Source of the DNA: an uncultured delta proteobacterium
GTDB lineage: Bacteria; Myxococcota_A; Polyangia; Polyangiales; Polyangiaceae
NCBI GenBank assembly: GCA_963806225.1
Contig: CAWDXG010000004.1
Location: forward strand, 928,001-992,000
DNA: 64,000 nt
Reading direction: 5' to 3'
Positions 30,555 through 41,229 of this stretch are shown here, in pieces. Each line of letters starts with the position of its first letter. The stretch's first letter is position 1. The position numbers and the translations under genes were made by a program. A model generated the notes under the pieces. That model did not search any database, was not told where the DNA came from, and saw only the letters and a program-made list of their open reading frames with translations.

Positions 30555-30601
30555 TACCTATTCCTAGTGGTTTTTTGTTGCCTGACCCCAATGGGTTGGG
30601 G
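30555..30601. promoter_or_regulatory. Candidate tandem NrdR boxes upstream of nrdJ
   Basis: tacCTATTCCTAGtgg (30555) and cccCAATGGGTTGggg (30586) fit the CwAt-N3-TwG core of the NrdR box. They are 31 bp apart, the usual tandem spacing, in an AT-enriched intergenic region. Confidence 0.5.
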
Positions 30602-30866
30602 TACACCGGCTGCTCACTGAATGTTCTTCTCCTGCGCGCGTATCCAGTAGCCGGCCGCCTGTTCAGCGGTTCTGCTGGAGAGACTTACTGAACAGCTTTG
30701 CAGCTTAGGGGGCGCCGGTCAGTCCGGCGGACAGCACGACCCCACAGCCACCTCCCAAGAGGTGCTGGGGGCCGGACGGGACGTTTTTTTGTTTTGTGTC
30801 CTGGGCGGACGGGTGCCGCGCAGCGGCACGTAGTGCGGGCACGGAGCCCGAGCAAGGAGCAGAGGG

Positions 30867-33800
30867 ATGGCGCAATCGTCGATCGTAGGGCAGGCAGGCA
30901 GCGTGAAGGGCACCACCGACGAGCCGCCGCGCAGCAAGCGCACCGAGCCGGAATCCCGACGCTCCTCGCGCGGCCGCCGCGCACGCGGCCTCGCCTTCGA
31001 ACGCCGCTACACCCGCCCCGGCGCCGATCCGATGGATCAGGTGGTGTGGGAGCGGCGCGAGAGCGTGATCACCAATCCCGACGGGTCGGTCGTGTTCCGG
31101 ATGGAGGGCGCCGAGATCCCCGCCGCCTGGTCGCAGCTGGCCACCGACATCGTCGTGTCAGCAAGTACTTCCGCAAGGCGGGGCTGCACGGCGACAAGGC
31201 GCAGGGCGAAACCAGCGTGCGCCAGGTCGTGCATCGCGTTGCCCACACCATCCGCGACGCGGGCGAGGACTTCGGCGGCTACTTCGCGACGCAAGAAGGA
31301 CGCGGACACCTTCGAGGCGGAGCTGACGTTCCTGCTCGTCAACCAGTACGGCGCGTTCAACTCGCCGGTGTGGTTCAACTGCGGGCTCTACCACGAGTAC
31401 GGCATCGAGGGCTCCGGCGGGAACTGGGCGTGGAACCCCGAGCCCGACGCGGTCGACGAGACGACGAACGCCTACGAGCACCCGCAGTGCTCGGCTTGCT
31501 TCATCCAGGGCGTCGAGGACGACCTGATGAGCATCTACGACCTGATGAAGAGCGAGGCGCGGCTGTTCAAGTACGGCTCGGGCACGGGCTCGAACTTCAG
31601 CAACATCCGCGGCAAGCAGGAGAAGCTCTCCGGCGGCGGCACGTCCAGCGGCCTGATGAGCTTCCTCGAGGTGTTCGACCGCGCCGCGGGCTCGACCAAG
31701 AGCGGCGGCACCACGCGTCGCGCCGCCAAGATGGTCTGCCTCGACATGGATCACCCGGAGATCGCGGACTTCATCAACTGGAAGGTGCGCGAGGAGAAGA
31801 AGGCGCAGGCGCTCATCGCTGCCGGCTTCGAGAGCGATTTCAACGGCGAGGCGTACCGCACCGTCAGCGGGCAGAACTCCAACAACTCGATCCGCGTCAC
31901 CGACGAGTTCATGAAGGCGGCGCTGCTCGGCGGCAAGTGGCAGACGCGCGCCCGCACCACGGGCGAGGTGGTCGACACCTACGACGCCGCCGACCTGTGG
32001 CAGCAGGTCGCCGAGGCTGCCTGGGCCTGCGCCGATCCCGGCGTGCAGTACGACACCACCATCAACCGCTGGCACACCTGCCCGAACACGGGCCGCATCA
32101 ACGCGTCGAATCCGTGCTCGGAGTACATGTTCCTCGACAACACGGCCTGCAACCTCGCGTCGCTGAACCTGACCAAGTTCCTGCGCGAGGACGGCAGCTT
32201 CGACGTGGACGGCTACCGCCACGCGATCGAGCGTGTTCTTCACGGCGCAGGAAATCCTCGTGGATTTCTCCAGCTACCCGACGCAGGCCATCGCGCAGAA
32301 CTCGCACGACTACCGTCCGCTGGGGCTCGGCTACGCCAACCTCGGCACGCTGCTGATGCTGCTCGGCATTCCCTACGACTCGGACAAGGGTCGCGCGGTG
32401 GCCGGCGCGCTCACCGCCATCCTGTGCGGCCACGCCTACGCGACGAGCGCGAAGATGGCCGGGAGCAAGGGGCCGTTCCCGGGCTACGCCAAGAACCGCG
32501 AGCCGATGCTGCGCGTGATGCGCATGCACCAGGAGGCGGCCTACGCCATCAACCGCGACGAGTGTCCCGAAGCGCTGTGGCGCGCCGCCTGCGAGGACTG
32601 GGACGACGCCGTCAAGCTCGGCGAGCAGCACGGCTACCGCAACGCGCAGGCCACGGTGCTCGCACCCACCGGCACCATCGGCCTGCTTGATGGACTGCGA
32701 CACCACCGGCATCGAGCCCGACTTCGCCCTGGTGAAGTTCAAGAAGCTCGCCGGCGGCGGCTACTTCAAGATCGTCAACCAGTCGGTGCCCGCTGCGCTC
32801 GCGCAAGCTCGGCTACTCCGAAGCTCCAGATCCGCGAGATCGTCGCCTACGTGTCCGGCACCAACACGCTGCTCGGCGCACCGCACGTCGGTCGCGCGGC
32901 AGCTCAAGCAGCGCGGGCTGACGGACGAGGACCTGGCAAAGGTCGAGCAGGCTATCCCCGGCGTGTTCGATCTGAACCTGGCGTTCGCGCCGTGGGTGCT
33001 CGGCAAGGAGACCTACGAGCGGCTCGGCGTCGACGCGGAGCAGCATGAGCCAGCCCGGCTTCAATCTGCTCAAGCACCTCGGCTTCAGCGCAGCGCAGAT
33101 CGCAGGAAGCCAACGACGTCATCGTCGGTCGCATGACGATCGAGGGCGCGCCCTACCTCGAGGACGAGCACTACGCCGGTCTTCGACTGCGCCAACCGCT
33201 GCGGCCGCACGGGCCGGCGCTTCCTGGCGCCCATGGCGCACGTCAGGATGATGGCGGCCGCGCAGCCGTTCCTGTCGGGCGCCATCAGCAAGACCGTCAA
33301 CCTGCCGAACGAGGCGACGGTGGACGACGTGCGCGAGATCTACGAGGAGGGCTGGAAGCTCGGCCTCAAGGCGGTGGCGCTCTATCGCGACGGCTGCAAG
33401 GCCTCGCAGCCGCTGTCCACGAGCAACAAGGAGCAGGACGAGAAGGAAAGCAGCCTGGCCACCTCCGCCGCGGCGGCGCCGGTGCCCGCAGCGCTGGTCC
33501 GCCCGGAAGGCGAGCGCGTGCGGCTTCCCAAGAAGCGCAGCGGCTTCACGCAGGAAGCGCAGCGTCGGCGGACACAAGGTGTTCCTGCGCACGGGCGAGT
33601 ACGAGGACGGGTCGCTGGGCGAGATCTTCATCGACATGCACAAGGAGGGCGCTGCCTTCCGCTCGCTGATGAACTGCTTCGCCATGGCCGTGTCCGTCGG
33701 CCTGCAGTACGGCGTGCCGCTCGAGACCTACGTCGAGCAGTTCACGTTCACCCGCTTCGAGCCGCACGGCGTGGTCGCAGGACCATCCGAACATCAAGTT

Positions 33801-34140
33801 CGCGACCTCGATCGTCGACTACATCTTCCGCGTGCTCGGCGTGGAGTACCTGCAGCGCTACGACTTCGCGCAGGTGAAGCCCGCCGAAGCGCCTGCCAGC
33901 ATCGACGATCCCACCGGGCCGAGCCTGATGGCGCCCGAGAGCACTCCCCCCGCACTGCCCGCGGCGGAGCCGGTCAGCGCCAACGCGAGCTCGGGCACGG
34001 ACATGCACGGAGCGCTCAGCGCACAGCTGGAAGAGATGATGGGCGACGCGCCGGTGTGTGACTCGTGCGGACACATCACCGTGCGCAACGGCGCCTGCTA
34101 CAAGTGCCTGAACTGCGGCAACTCCATGGGCTGCAGCTAG
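30867..34140 (+). CDS. nrdJ: Class II (adenosylcobalamin-dependent) ribonucleotide reductase, long form with TSCPD domain and C-terminal Cys ribbon; multiple apparent frameshifts
   Basis: Motifs [74 protein letters not shown] and the end CDSCGH...[16 protein letters not shown]. Confidence 0.92.
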
Positions 34141-34343
34141 GGCCGCGTGCCGCCCGGAGGTCCTCCACATGGCAGGACCCCGGCGGCTCCGCAGGCCCCG
34201 GCCGCTGACGCCAACTTGCTGGAATCACAAGACAAAGCAGGGACCGGCGAGTGGACTGAAAGCTCGCCGCCAGGCAGCGCGTTGTCGGGGGTGGAAGGCA
34301 ACGCGCTGTGCATTTCTCTCGTTGGTCTAGTAAAACGGGCGCC

Positions 34344-34844
34344 ATGAGACGCGACGCGAAGGGCAGGCTCCTTCTGACCACCGGGGTTCTCCTGGTGGCC
34401 TTGGCAGGCTGCAAGAAGAAGTCCGACGACGCCGCGCCCGCAGCGTCACAGGTGGCGCTGCCCTCTGCTGCGCCGGCCGCATCGATCGCGCCCGCGACGG
34501 AGCCGAGCGACACCGCCCAGGCTTCCGCCTCTGCTGCCGCTCCGTCGGCGGCACCGACGCCCGCGGCGGCGGCAGCGGCTGCCCCGAAGGCCACGGCGTC
34601 TGCCGAGCCGGCGAAGGCGGTGACACGCACCGCCAACACGGGCTACCTCACCATCCAGCGCTGCTGCAACGCGCTGGCGGCCGCAGCCAAGAAGCCGGGA
34701 CTGAAGCACAACAGGTACCAGGCCGCCGCTGCGGTGTGTTCAGGCATCGCCGCCCAGGCCAAGAAGGGCAACGCCAATCCGGCGGCAGCGCGCACCACCA
34801 TCCGTGCACAGCTGCAGGGCGTCCCGGTGCCGGGTGGTTGCTGA
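34344..34844 (+). CDS. Hypothetical lipoprotein with Ala/Pro linker and 4-Cys helical C-terminal domain
   Basis: Lipobox LAGC-KKK, low-complexity linker, and CC...C...C domain. Confidence 0.75.
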   Translation: MRRDAKGRLLLTTGVLLVALAGCKKKSDDAAPAASQVALPSAAPAASIAPATEPSDTAQASASAAAPSAAPTPAAAAAAAPKATASAEPAKAVTRTANTGYLTIQRCCNALAAAAKKPGLKHNRYQAAAAVCSGIAAQAKKGNANPAAARTTIRAQLQGVPVPGGC

Positions 34845-34908
34845 AACTCCACGGGGACATCAAACTGGAAAGCTGACGCGGGCACTCTCGCCCGTTCGGA
34901 GGACCGCG

Positions 34909-35355
34909 ATGAAGAACGCTTCGCAACCCACCACCAAGTGGTCGCTGCTCACGCCCGTCATCCTGGGGCTGGCGCTTCCGGCCGTGGCGGCCACCTACAT
35001 GGGCTGCAAGAAGGACAAGCCCCCTCCGCCGCTGCCCGCAGCACCTTCGGAGACGGCGCCGCCCAAGCAGCTGGTGCTCACTCCGGAAGACGCGGGGGAC
35101 GACGCCGCGGCCGATGCGGACGCCGACGCCAAGAAGGTCACCGGCCACTACGTGCCCAAGAGCAGCCTGGCGAATTGCTGCGCAGCGCTCAGCCAGAACG
35201 CACAGAGCGCGCCGGATCCGATGACGAAGACCTACATGTTGCAGGCCGCCGGCATCTGCAGCGCCATGGCCGCCCAGGGCAAGAGCAAGAACGCCGCGCT
35301 CGGCGCCATCCAGGGCGCGCTCAAGGGCGCGGGCCTGCCGTCCGCCTGCCGCTGA
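34909..35355 (+). CDS. Hypothetical lipoprotein, paralogue of the upstream gene
   Basis: GGAGG RBS, YMGC-KK, and the same CCxAL...AAxxCS...P..C domain. Confidence 0.75.
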   Translation: MKNASQPTTKWSLLTPVILGLALPAVAATYMGCKKDKPPPPLPAAPSETAPPKQLVLTPEDAGDDAAADADADAKKVTGHYVPKSSLANCCAALSQNAQSAPDPMTKTYMLQAAGICSAMAAQGKSKNAALGAIQGALKGAGLPSACR

Positions 35356-35398
35356 GCAGGCGCGGGCCGGAACAGCGCCCCGGAACGCCGGGGCGCCT

Positions 35399-36404
35399 TC
35401 AACCGGCGAGGTGGTCGAAGCCACCCCGCAGCTTGCGGGCTGCGCGGCCTGGCTCTTCGAGCACTGCGCCCTCACCCGCCTCGACGCGCCCGATCACGCG
35501 GACCCAGCGGGGTCGTTTGGCGCGCGGTCCGGTCGCCAGCAGGGCGTAGTCCTCGCCGCCCTCGAGTGCGAGCGCAAGCGCGTCCCGGCCGAGCAGCTCC
35601 GCAACGCGCGAGAGCTCGTCGGATAGTGCGAGCGCCAGACGCGGCTTGTCGATCACGATGCGCACGCCGCTCGCCTCGGCCAGGTGCCCAGCGTCCCCGG
35701 ACAGGCCGTCGGAGATGTCGATGCCTGCGTGGGCACGGTCGCGAAGCGCGCGGCCCCTGGAAATCAGCGCACGCGGCCGTCGCCAGGCCTCGACGCAGCG
35801 CTCCTGGGCCTCGGCGGCACGCCGGGTGCGCTGCATCCGCGGCCCCTGGGACAGGATCAAGAGGCCCGCCCGCGCCAGCCCCACGTCGCCCACCAGCCAC
35901 AGCTCGTCACCCGGACGCGCGCCGCTGCGACGGATCGGCCGCGGCACCTCGCCCAGCACGGTGGTGGTGACGCCCAGCTCTGAACCGCGCGAGATGTTGC
36001 CGCCAACGATCGGACAGCTTGAGCTGGCGCGACGCCTCGGCCTGCCCCTGACCCAGCTCGCGGAGCTCGCGTTTCGCGATCCGGGACGGCACGACGAGGC
36101 TCGACAGCGCCGCCAGCGGTTGCGCGCCCATCGCGGCCAGGTCGCTCGCCGCAGAGTTCAGGGAACGGAAACCAACGTCGGCCAGCGACAGGAAGCGGCG
36201 GTCGAAGTGGACGTTCTCGATGCACACATCCACCGTCCACACCAGCCGATCGCGCCCGGGAGCAATCACGGCGGCGTCGTCGCCGATCCCCACCTCGATC
36301 CGCCGCCCGCGCGAACTGCCCCCGGCGAACAGCTCGCTCAAAAGAGCGATGGCCGCGCGTTCGCTTCCAGCGCCCGTGCCGCGCCTTGATGCCTTGCCTG
36401 CCAT
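35399..36404 (-). CDS. thiL: Thiamine-monophosphate kinase (one apparent frameshift near 36020)
   Basis: Motifs GIGDDAA, HFD, SDLAAMGA, RSGARPGD, IDISDGL and GGEDYALL. Confidence 0.93.
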
Positions 36405-36408
36405 CGAC

Positions 36409-37828
36409 TCAGGAGAGCGTGGCGCGACGGCACGGAATGGTCACCACGAACACCGCGCCATGCGGCGTGTTGTCCTCGATGTGCACTGTGCCATCGTGTC
36501 CGTCGACGAGTCGCTTGACGATCGACAGGCCCAGCCCCGTGCCCCCCTGCTCGCGCGTCGAGCTCGAATCGACCTGGTAGAACGCGTCGAAGACGCGCTG
36601 GCGCTCGGTTTCGGGGATCCCGATCCCCGTGTCGGCCACGCGCAGCTCGAGTGCCGGGCGCCGGCTCGACAAGAGCACGACAGCGTCTCCGTCGGCGTCG
36701 GGCGCCTCCATCAGCGTGTGGCCCAGCGACAGCGTGACGCGGCCTTTCTCGGGGGTGAACTTGATGGCGTTCTCGGTCAGGTTCAACAGCACCTGGCGCA
36801 ACCGGTCGGCGTCCGCCCAGAGCAGCGGCAGACCACCGTCGATGTTGACCTCGATCTCGACGCCCTTCTTGCGTGCCGCGGGGGTCAGCAGTCTGCGCCA
36901 CGTCCTCGACGATCGGTCCGACGTCGATGCTGGCCTTGCGCAGGCTCATCGTGCCGCTCTCGAGCTTGGACAGATCCAGAAGGCCCTTGATCAGCTCCAG
37001 CAGCTGTTCGCCCTTCTCGCGGATGGTGCCGACGAACTCGCCCTGTTCCCCGGTGAGATCCCCGGCGATTCCCTCGGCGAGCATCTCGCTGTAGCCGATG
37101 ATGGACGTGAGCGGCGTGCGGAGCTCGTGGGACACGGTCGCCAGGAAGTTGCTCTTCAGACGGTCCAGCTCCTTGAGCCGGTCGAAGGCCTCCTGCAGGT
37201 GGGCGTTCTTCTGCTCCAGCTCGCGGAAGCTCTCGCGCACCGCAGCCAGATGCATGTTGCTCGTGAGCAGCGCCTTGTGACCGCTGAACAGGATCAGATC
37301 CAGCGCGCTCTTCAGGTGGCGCGCGATACGCGCGACGGTGTCCTCCCTGGCGCGGGGCATTTCCGCCATCAGGTGTTTGACCTTGGCGGCGTCGATGGCC
37401 GGATCGAGATCGAGCACCGCCCTGGGAGCTTCGTCGAGCTTCGGAGGCAGGAACGGGCCGAGGATCATCCGCCCGAGCTGCCGCCCGTCGTAGCTGATGG
37501 ACGTGATCTGGTAGATCGCGCCGGTCAGGCACCGGTGGGTCGCTTCGCCATCGACACCGGGATTGATGTTCTTGACGCTGTCGACGACTTCGGACAGGGC
37601 GCGTCGACCGTTGCGGAAGGTGTTGAGGTAGGTGAAGAGGGCCTGCTGTTCGCTGGCGTCCGCCAGGATCAGGCCCTCGTCGTTGAAGATGCGCAGCGGC
37701 ACCCGGAAAAGCCCGTAGAAGCTCTGGACCATCTCGCCGAGGGCTTCGCGATCGACGAGCTCCTCGAGCCGGATGTCGCCACCCAGCATCAGCGAGTCGA
37801 GGTTCCGCTCGGGGGCCGGGTTGGTCAC
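36409..37828 (-). CDS. Cytoplasmic sensor histidine kinase with N-terminal PocR-like domain (frameshift near 36890)
   Basis: H-box FLATVSHELRTPLTSI, N-box QVLLNLTENAIKFT, G boxes DTGIGI and GGTGLGLSI. The N-terminal CLTGAIY...DGRQLGRMILGPF resembles PocR. No TM segment seen. Confidence 0.85.
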
Positions 37829-38553
37829 GGCACAGCCTCCGGCCTGAGCACGTCCAGCGCACCGCCTACGCAGTCGCCGAGCAGCTCCGGCACAGGACGG
37901 GTCTGGCCCAGACTCCTCGCAACCTGCGCCAGGAATGCGTCGGAGTCGAAGCCGAACTTGCGGTTGAGATCGTGCTCGGCGTCGAGCGCGCTCCAGGTCA
38001 GATGCAGTAGACCGATGAAGCTCTCCACGACGCCATCCCCCCGCGTAGCCACCGCGAGATAGGTGGGCTCGCGGCCCTGTGCCGCAAGTCGGGCGATCTC
38101 GTCGTCTTTGCGGATGCCCGCCAGATCGCGCTTGTTGAACTGGATGACGAGCGGCATCTGCTTGAGATTGAGGCCGTTGGACTTGAGGTTCTCCTTCAGG
38201 TCCATGAACGACTCGGCGTTGTGCTGCGTCTCCTGGATCTGCGAGTCGGCGATGAACGCGATGCCGTCGGCCCCCTGCACGACCAGCCGTCGGGTCGAGG
38301 CATGGATGACCTGGCCGGGCACGGTGAACACCTTCAAACGGACAGCCAGCCCCCCGGCGTCGCGGAACGTCAGCGGCAGCAGATCGAAGAACAGCGTCCG
38401 GTCGTCGCGGGTTTCCAGCGTCATCAGGCGCCCGCTGGCCGACGGATCGGCCGCCTTGTGCAGCGCCTGCAGATTCGTGGTCTTCCCGCTGAGCGCGGGA
38501 CCGTAGTAGACGAGCTTGATCGTGAGCTCACGCGCGGCGAAATCCAGCTGCAC
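37825..38553 (-). CDS. MglA-like small GTPase
   Basis: KLVYYGPALSGKTTNL, DRTLFFD, TVPGQ and NKRD are MglA-family G1-G4 signatures. Confidence 0.9.
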   Translation of the reverse strand: MQLDFAARELTIKLVYYGPALSGKTTNLQALHKAADPSASGRLMTLETRDDRTLFFDLLPLTFRDAGGLAVRLKVFTVPGQVIHASTRRLVVQGADGIAFIADSQIQETQHNAESFMDLKENLKSNGLNLKQMPLVIQFNKRDLAGIRKDDEIARLAAQGREPTYLAVATRGDGVVESFIGLLHLTWSALDAEHDLNRKFGFDSDAFLAQVARSLGQTRPVPELLGDCVGGALDVLRPEAVP

Positions 38554-38730
38554 GGCACCTACCTCGGGTGGGACTGCCGCAGCGGACTACCGCCCGGGAG
38601 TGTGGGGAGGGGCTCGAAGCGGATCTGCACGAATGCCGGAGGTTAGCGCAGCCGGCGACAGGAAACCAAGCCCGGAGGCAAAGCCGGGCGCTCGGCGCGC
38701 CGCGCGCTCTTTCGGTATCATGCGCGGGCC

Positions 38731-39805
38731 ATGAGCCACGCCCTCGTGCTCCTATGGCTCGGGACCAACGCCGCCCGGGCGGCTCACCAGCCGGATCTCG
38801 ATTCCTGGCAGCGCGCTCACCAGATCGCGATCGAGGCGCCCGCTCCGGACTGCCCGGCCGGGCCCAGCTACGATCCTGCGCTGGTCGGACGCATCGAGAA
38901 GCTCCTCGACGAAGCGCGCATCCTGGCAGGCTCGCTGGACGAGAAGACGGCACTGGCACGGCTCGGCAGGGTCGACCGGCTGCTCCACGCCCATCCGGAG
39001 CTACCGCAAGCTGCCTGGCTCATGGCCGAACGACTCGACGATCGAAGCCGACGTCTTCGATCGCCGCGCCGACGGATCCGCACGCGCTGCCGATTTGCGA
39101 CGGCGCGCCCGCTCGCTCGAGGGTCGCCGTGCGCAGTCGTACACGACGGCGACCGAGACGCACGAAGCGGACCGGAGCGGCGCAAGAGCCCGTCCTGCGG
39201 TTCCGCCCGCTGCGCGGCCCGCCGCGCTGGCTCCGCCTGCTGTCGAACACCTCGCCGCCGAGGGGCTCGTGCACGGCGACCGGCTCTACGTCGACGGACG
39301 CCGCGTCGCGGGACGGCTAGCGCTGGCTCCGGGCGAGCACCACGCGCGCGTAGTGCGCCGCAGCCGCGCGGTGTGGGCCGGCTGGGTCCGGGTGACGGCG
39401 GGAGACACCGCGCTCGATCTGCCGGTCCCTGCACCCGTCGCGTGCAGCCTCGACGACCTGGGCGGCACGCAGCTGCGCGCGGGGCGGGTCGTGGTGCCGT
39501 CGCATGTGCGCTGCCGCCACTGGGCCGTCGCCGTACCCTCGGCTCACGCGGACGGCGTTCGCGTGGCCACCTGCCACGGCGCGAGCTGCGGGCCACCGCT
39601 CGGCTGGCAGAGGGAGTTCGGTCGCGACTTCGCGGGGCCCGTACAGCCGACCGCGCACCACCGTTGGCCGACCTGGGCCACGTATCTTCTGACGGGCGTC
39701 GGCGTCGCGGCCACCGCCGGCATTGTCATGTGGCGCAGCGGCGCCTTCGACCAGCCGGGCGCGCCCCGTACTGTGTGGAAATACCAGGCGCCGCTGCGCT
39801 TCTAG
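38731..39805 (+). CDS. Hypothetical protein with PEGA-like segment and C-terminal TM helix (frameshifted)
   Basis: ORFs 38731 and 39095 join into one protein-like reading: LYVDGRR...LAPGEHH and [18 protein letters not shown]. Confidence 0.55.
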
Positions 39806-41222
39806 CAGCCGGACTGGCCCTGCGAGCGCCAGCGGCTGCGCGCTTCGCCGATCGCCTCGGCGACGCGGCGCTTGGCGGGACCGCCGGGCAGATCGCGACG
39901 CTCCACCGCCTGTGAAGGGTCCAGCACGGACGCGATCGCGTCGCCGGCAAGCGACGCGTGCGCCGCCGACAGCACGTCCGCCGGCAGCTCGCCCAGCTGC
40001 ACGCCGCGCTGCTCGGCGTCACGCACCAGTTGCCCCACGACGTGGTGAGCCTCGCGGAAGGGCAGCCCCTGCTGCACGAGGAAATCGGCGAGATCCGTGG
40101 CGCACAGATGACCGCCATCGAGCGCGGCGCGCATGCGATCGGCATTGAACGTCGCCGTCGCGATCGCGCCGCGTCAGCGCCCGCGAGCGAGCAGAGCGCG
40201 CTATCGACTGCGTCGAAGATCGGCCGCTTGTCTTCCTGCAGGTCGCGTCCGTAACCGAAGGGCAGAGCCTTTTCCAGAACCAGGAGCGTCGTGGCCGACC
40301 CGACCAGGCGCGCCGCCCTGCCCCGCACCAGCTCGCCCACGTCCGGGTTCTTCTTCTGCGGCATCATGCTGGAGCTGGTCGAGAACGCGTCGCTGAGCGT
40401 CAAGAAGCCGAACTCCTGGCTCGACCAGAGCACGATCTCCTCGCCGATGCGCGACAGGTGGACCCCGAGGATCGCGAGGGCCGACGCGACTTCCATCAGA
40501 AAATCGCGGCTGGCGGTCGCGTCGATCGAGTTCTTCATCGGGCGCTCGAAGCCAAGCTCGGCCGCCACGCCCTCGCGATCGAGCGGGAAACCGCTCCCGG
40601 CGACCGCGCCGGCTCCCAGCGGGGACTCGTTCAGCCGCTCGAGCGCGTCCTCTAGCCGGCCCCGATCGCGCCACAGCATCTCCTGCCAGGCCATCAGGTG
40701 GTGCGACAGACGGCTCGGCTGCGCGCGCTGCAGGTGCGTGTACGCCGGCATCAGCGTTTCCAGCTCCGCCTCGGCACGCTCGATGATCGCGAGCGCCAGC
40801 GCGTCGAGCGCCGCGAGCGCCTCGCGCACGCGGGCGCGCGTCCAGAGCCGCAGATCGGTCGCCACCTGGTCATTGCGTGAGCGGCCCGTGTGGAGCTTGC
40901 CGCCGACGGGCCCGCAGATCTCGATCAGGCGGGCCTCGATGTTCATGTGGACGTCCTCCTTTTCGGGATCCCACTTCATCTCGCCGCGCTCGATCTCGCG
41001 GGCGACGCGCTCGAGCCCGCTGACCAGCTGCGCCGCTTCTTCTTCGCTGATCACGCCGGCGCGCGAGAGCCCGCGGGCGTGGGCCATGGAGCCCTGGATG
41101 TCCTCGCGCCACAGCTCGCGGTCCACGTCGACGCTGGTGTTGAGCCGCTGCATCGCCTGGTCGACCGCCGCCGGCAGCCGGCCACCCCGCGCACCGCCCT
41201 GCCCCGTCTCTGCACCGCTCAT
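39802..41222 (-). CDS. argH: Argininosuccinate lyase (frameshift near 40170)
   Basis: Motifs [48 protein letters not shown] and [10 protein letters not shown]. Confidence 0.95.
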
Positions 41223-41229
41223 GCGCTGC

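Noticed and set aside
30400..30866. Cobalamin riboswitch upstream of the B12-dependent RNR
   Set aside because: I could not find the conserved B12-box elements by eye; an Infernal search would be needed to exclude it fully.
30867..34140. Programmed frameshifting, introns or inteins in nrdJ-1
   Set aside because: The breaks are single-base, lack slippery motifs and match the error pattern in neighbouring genes. No intein (C...HN) or homing-endonuclease insert was seen in either nrdJ.
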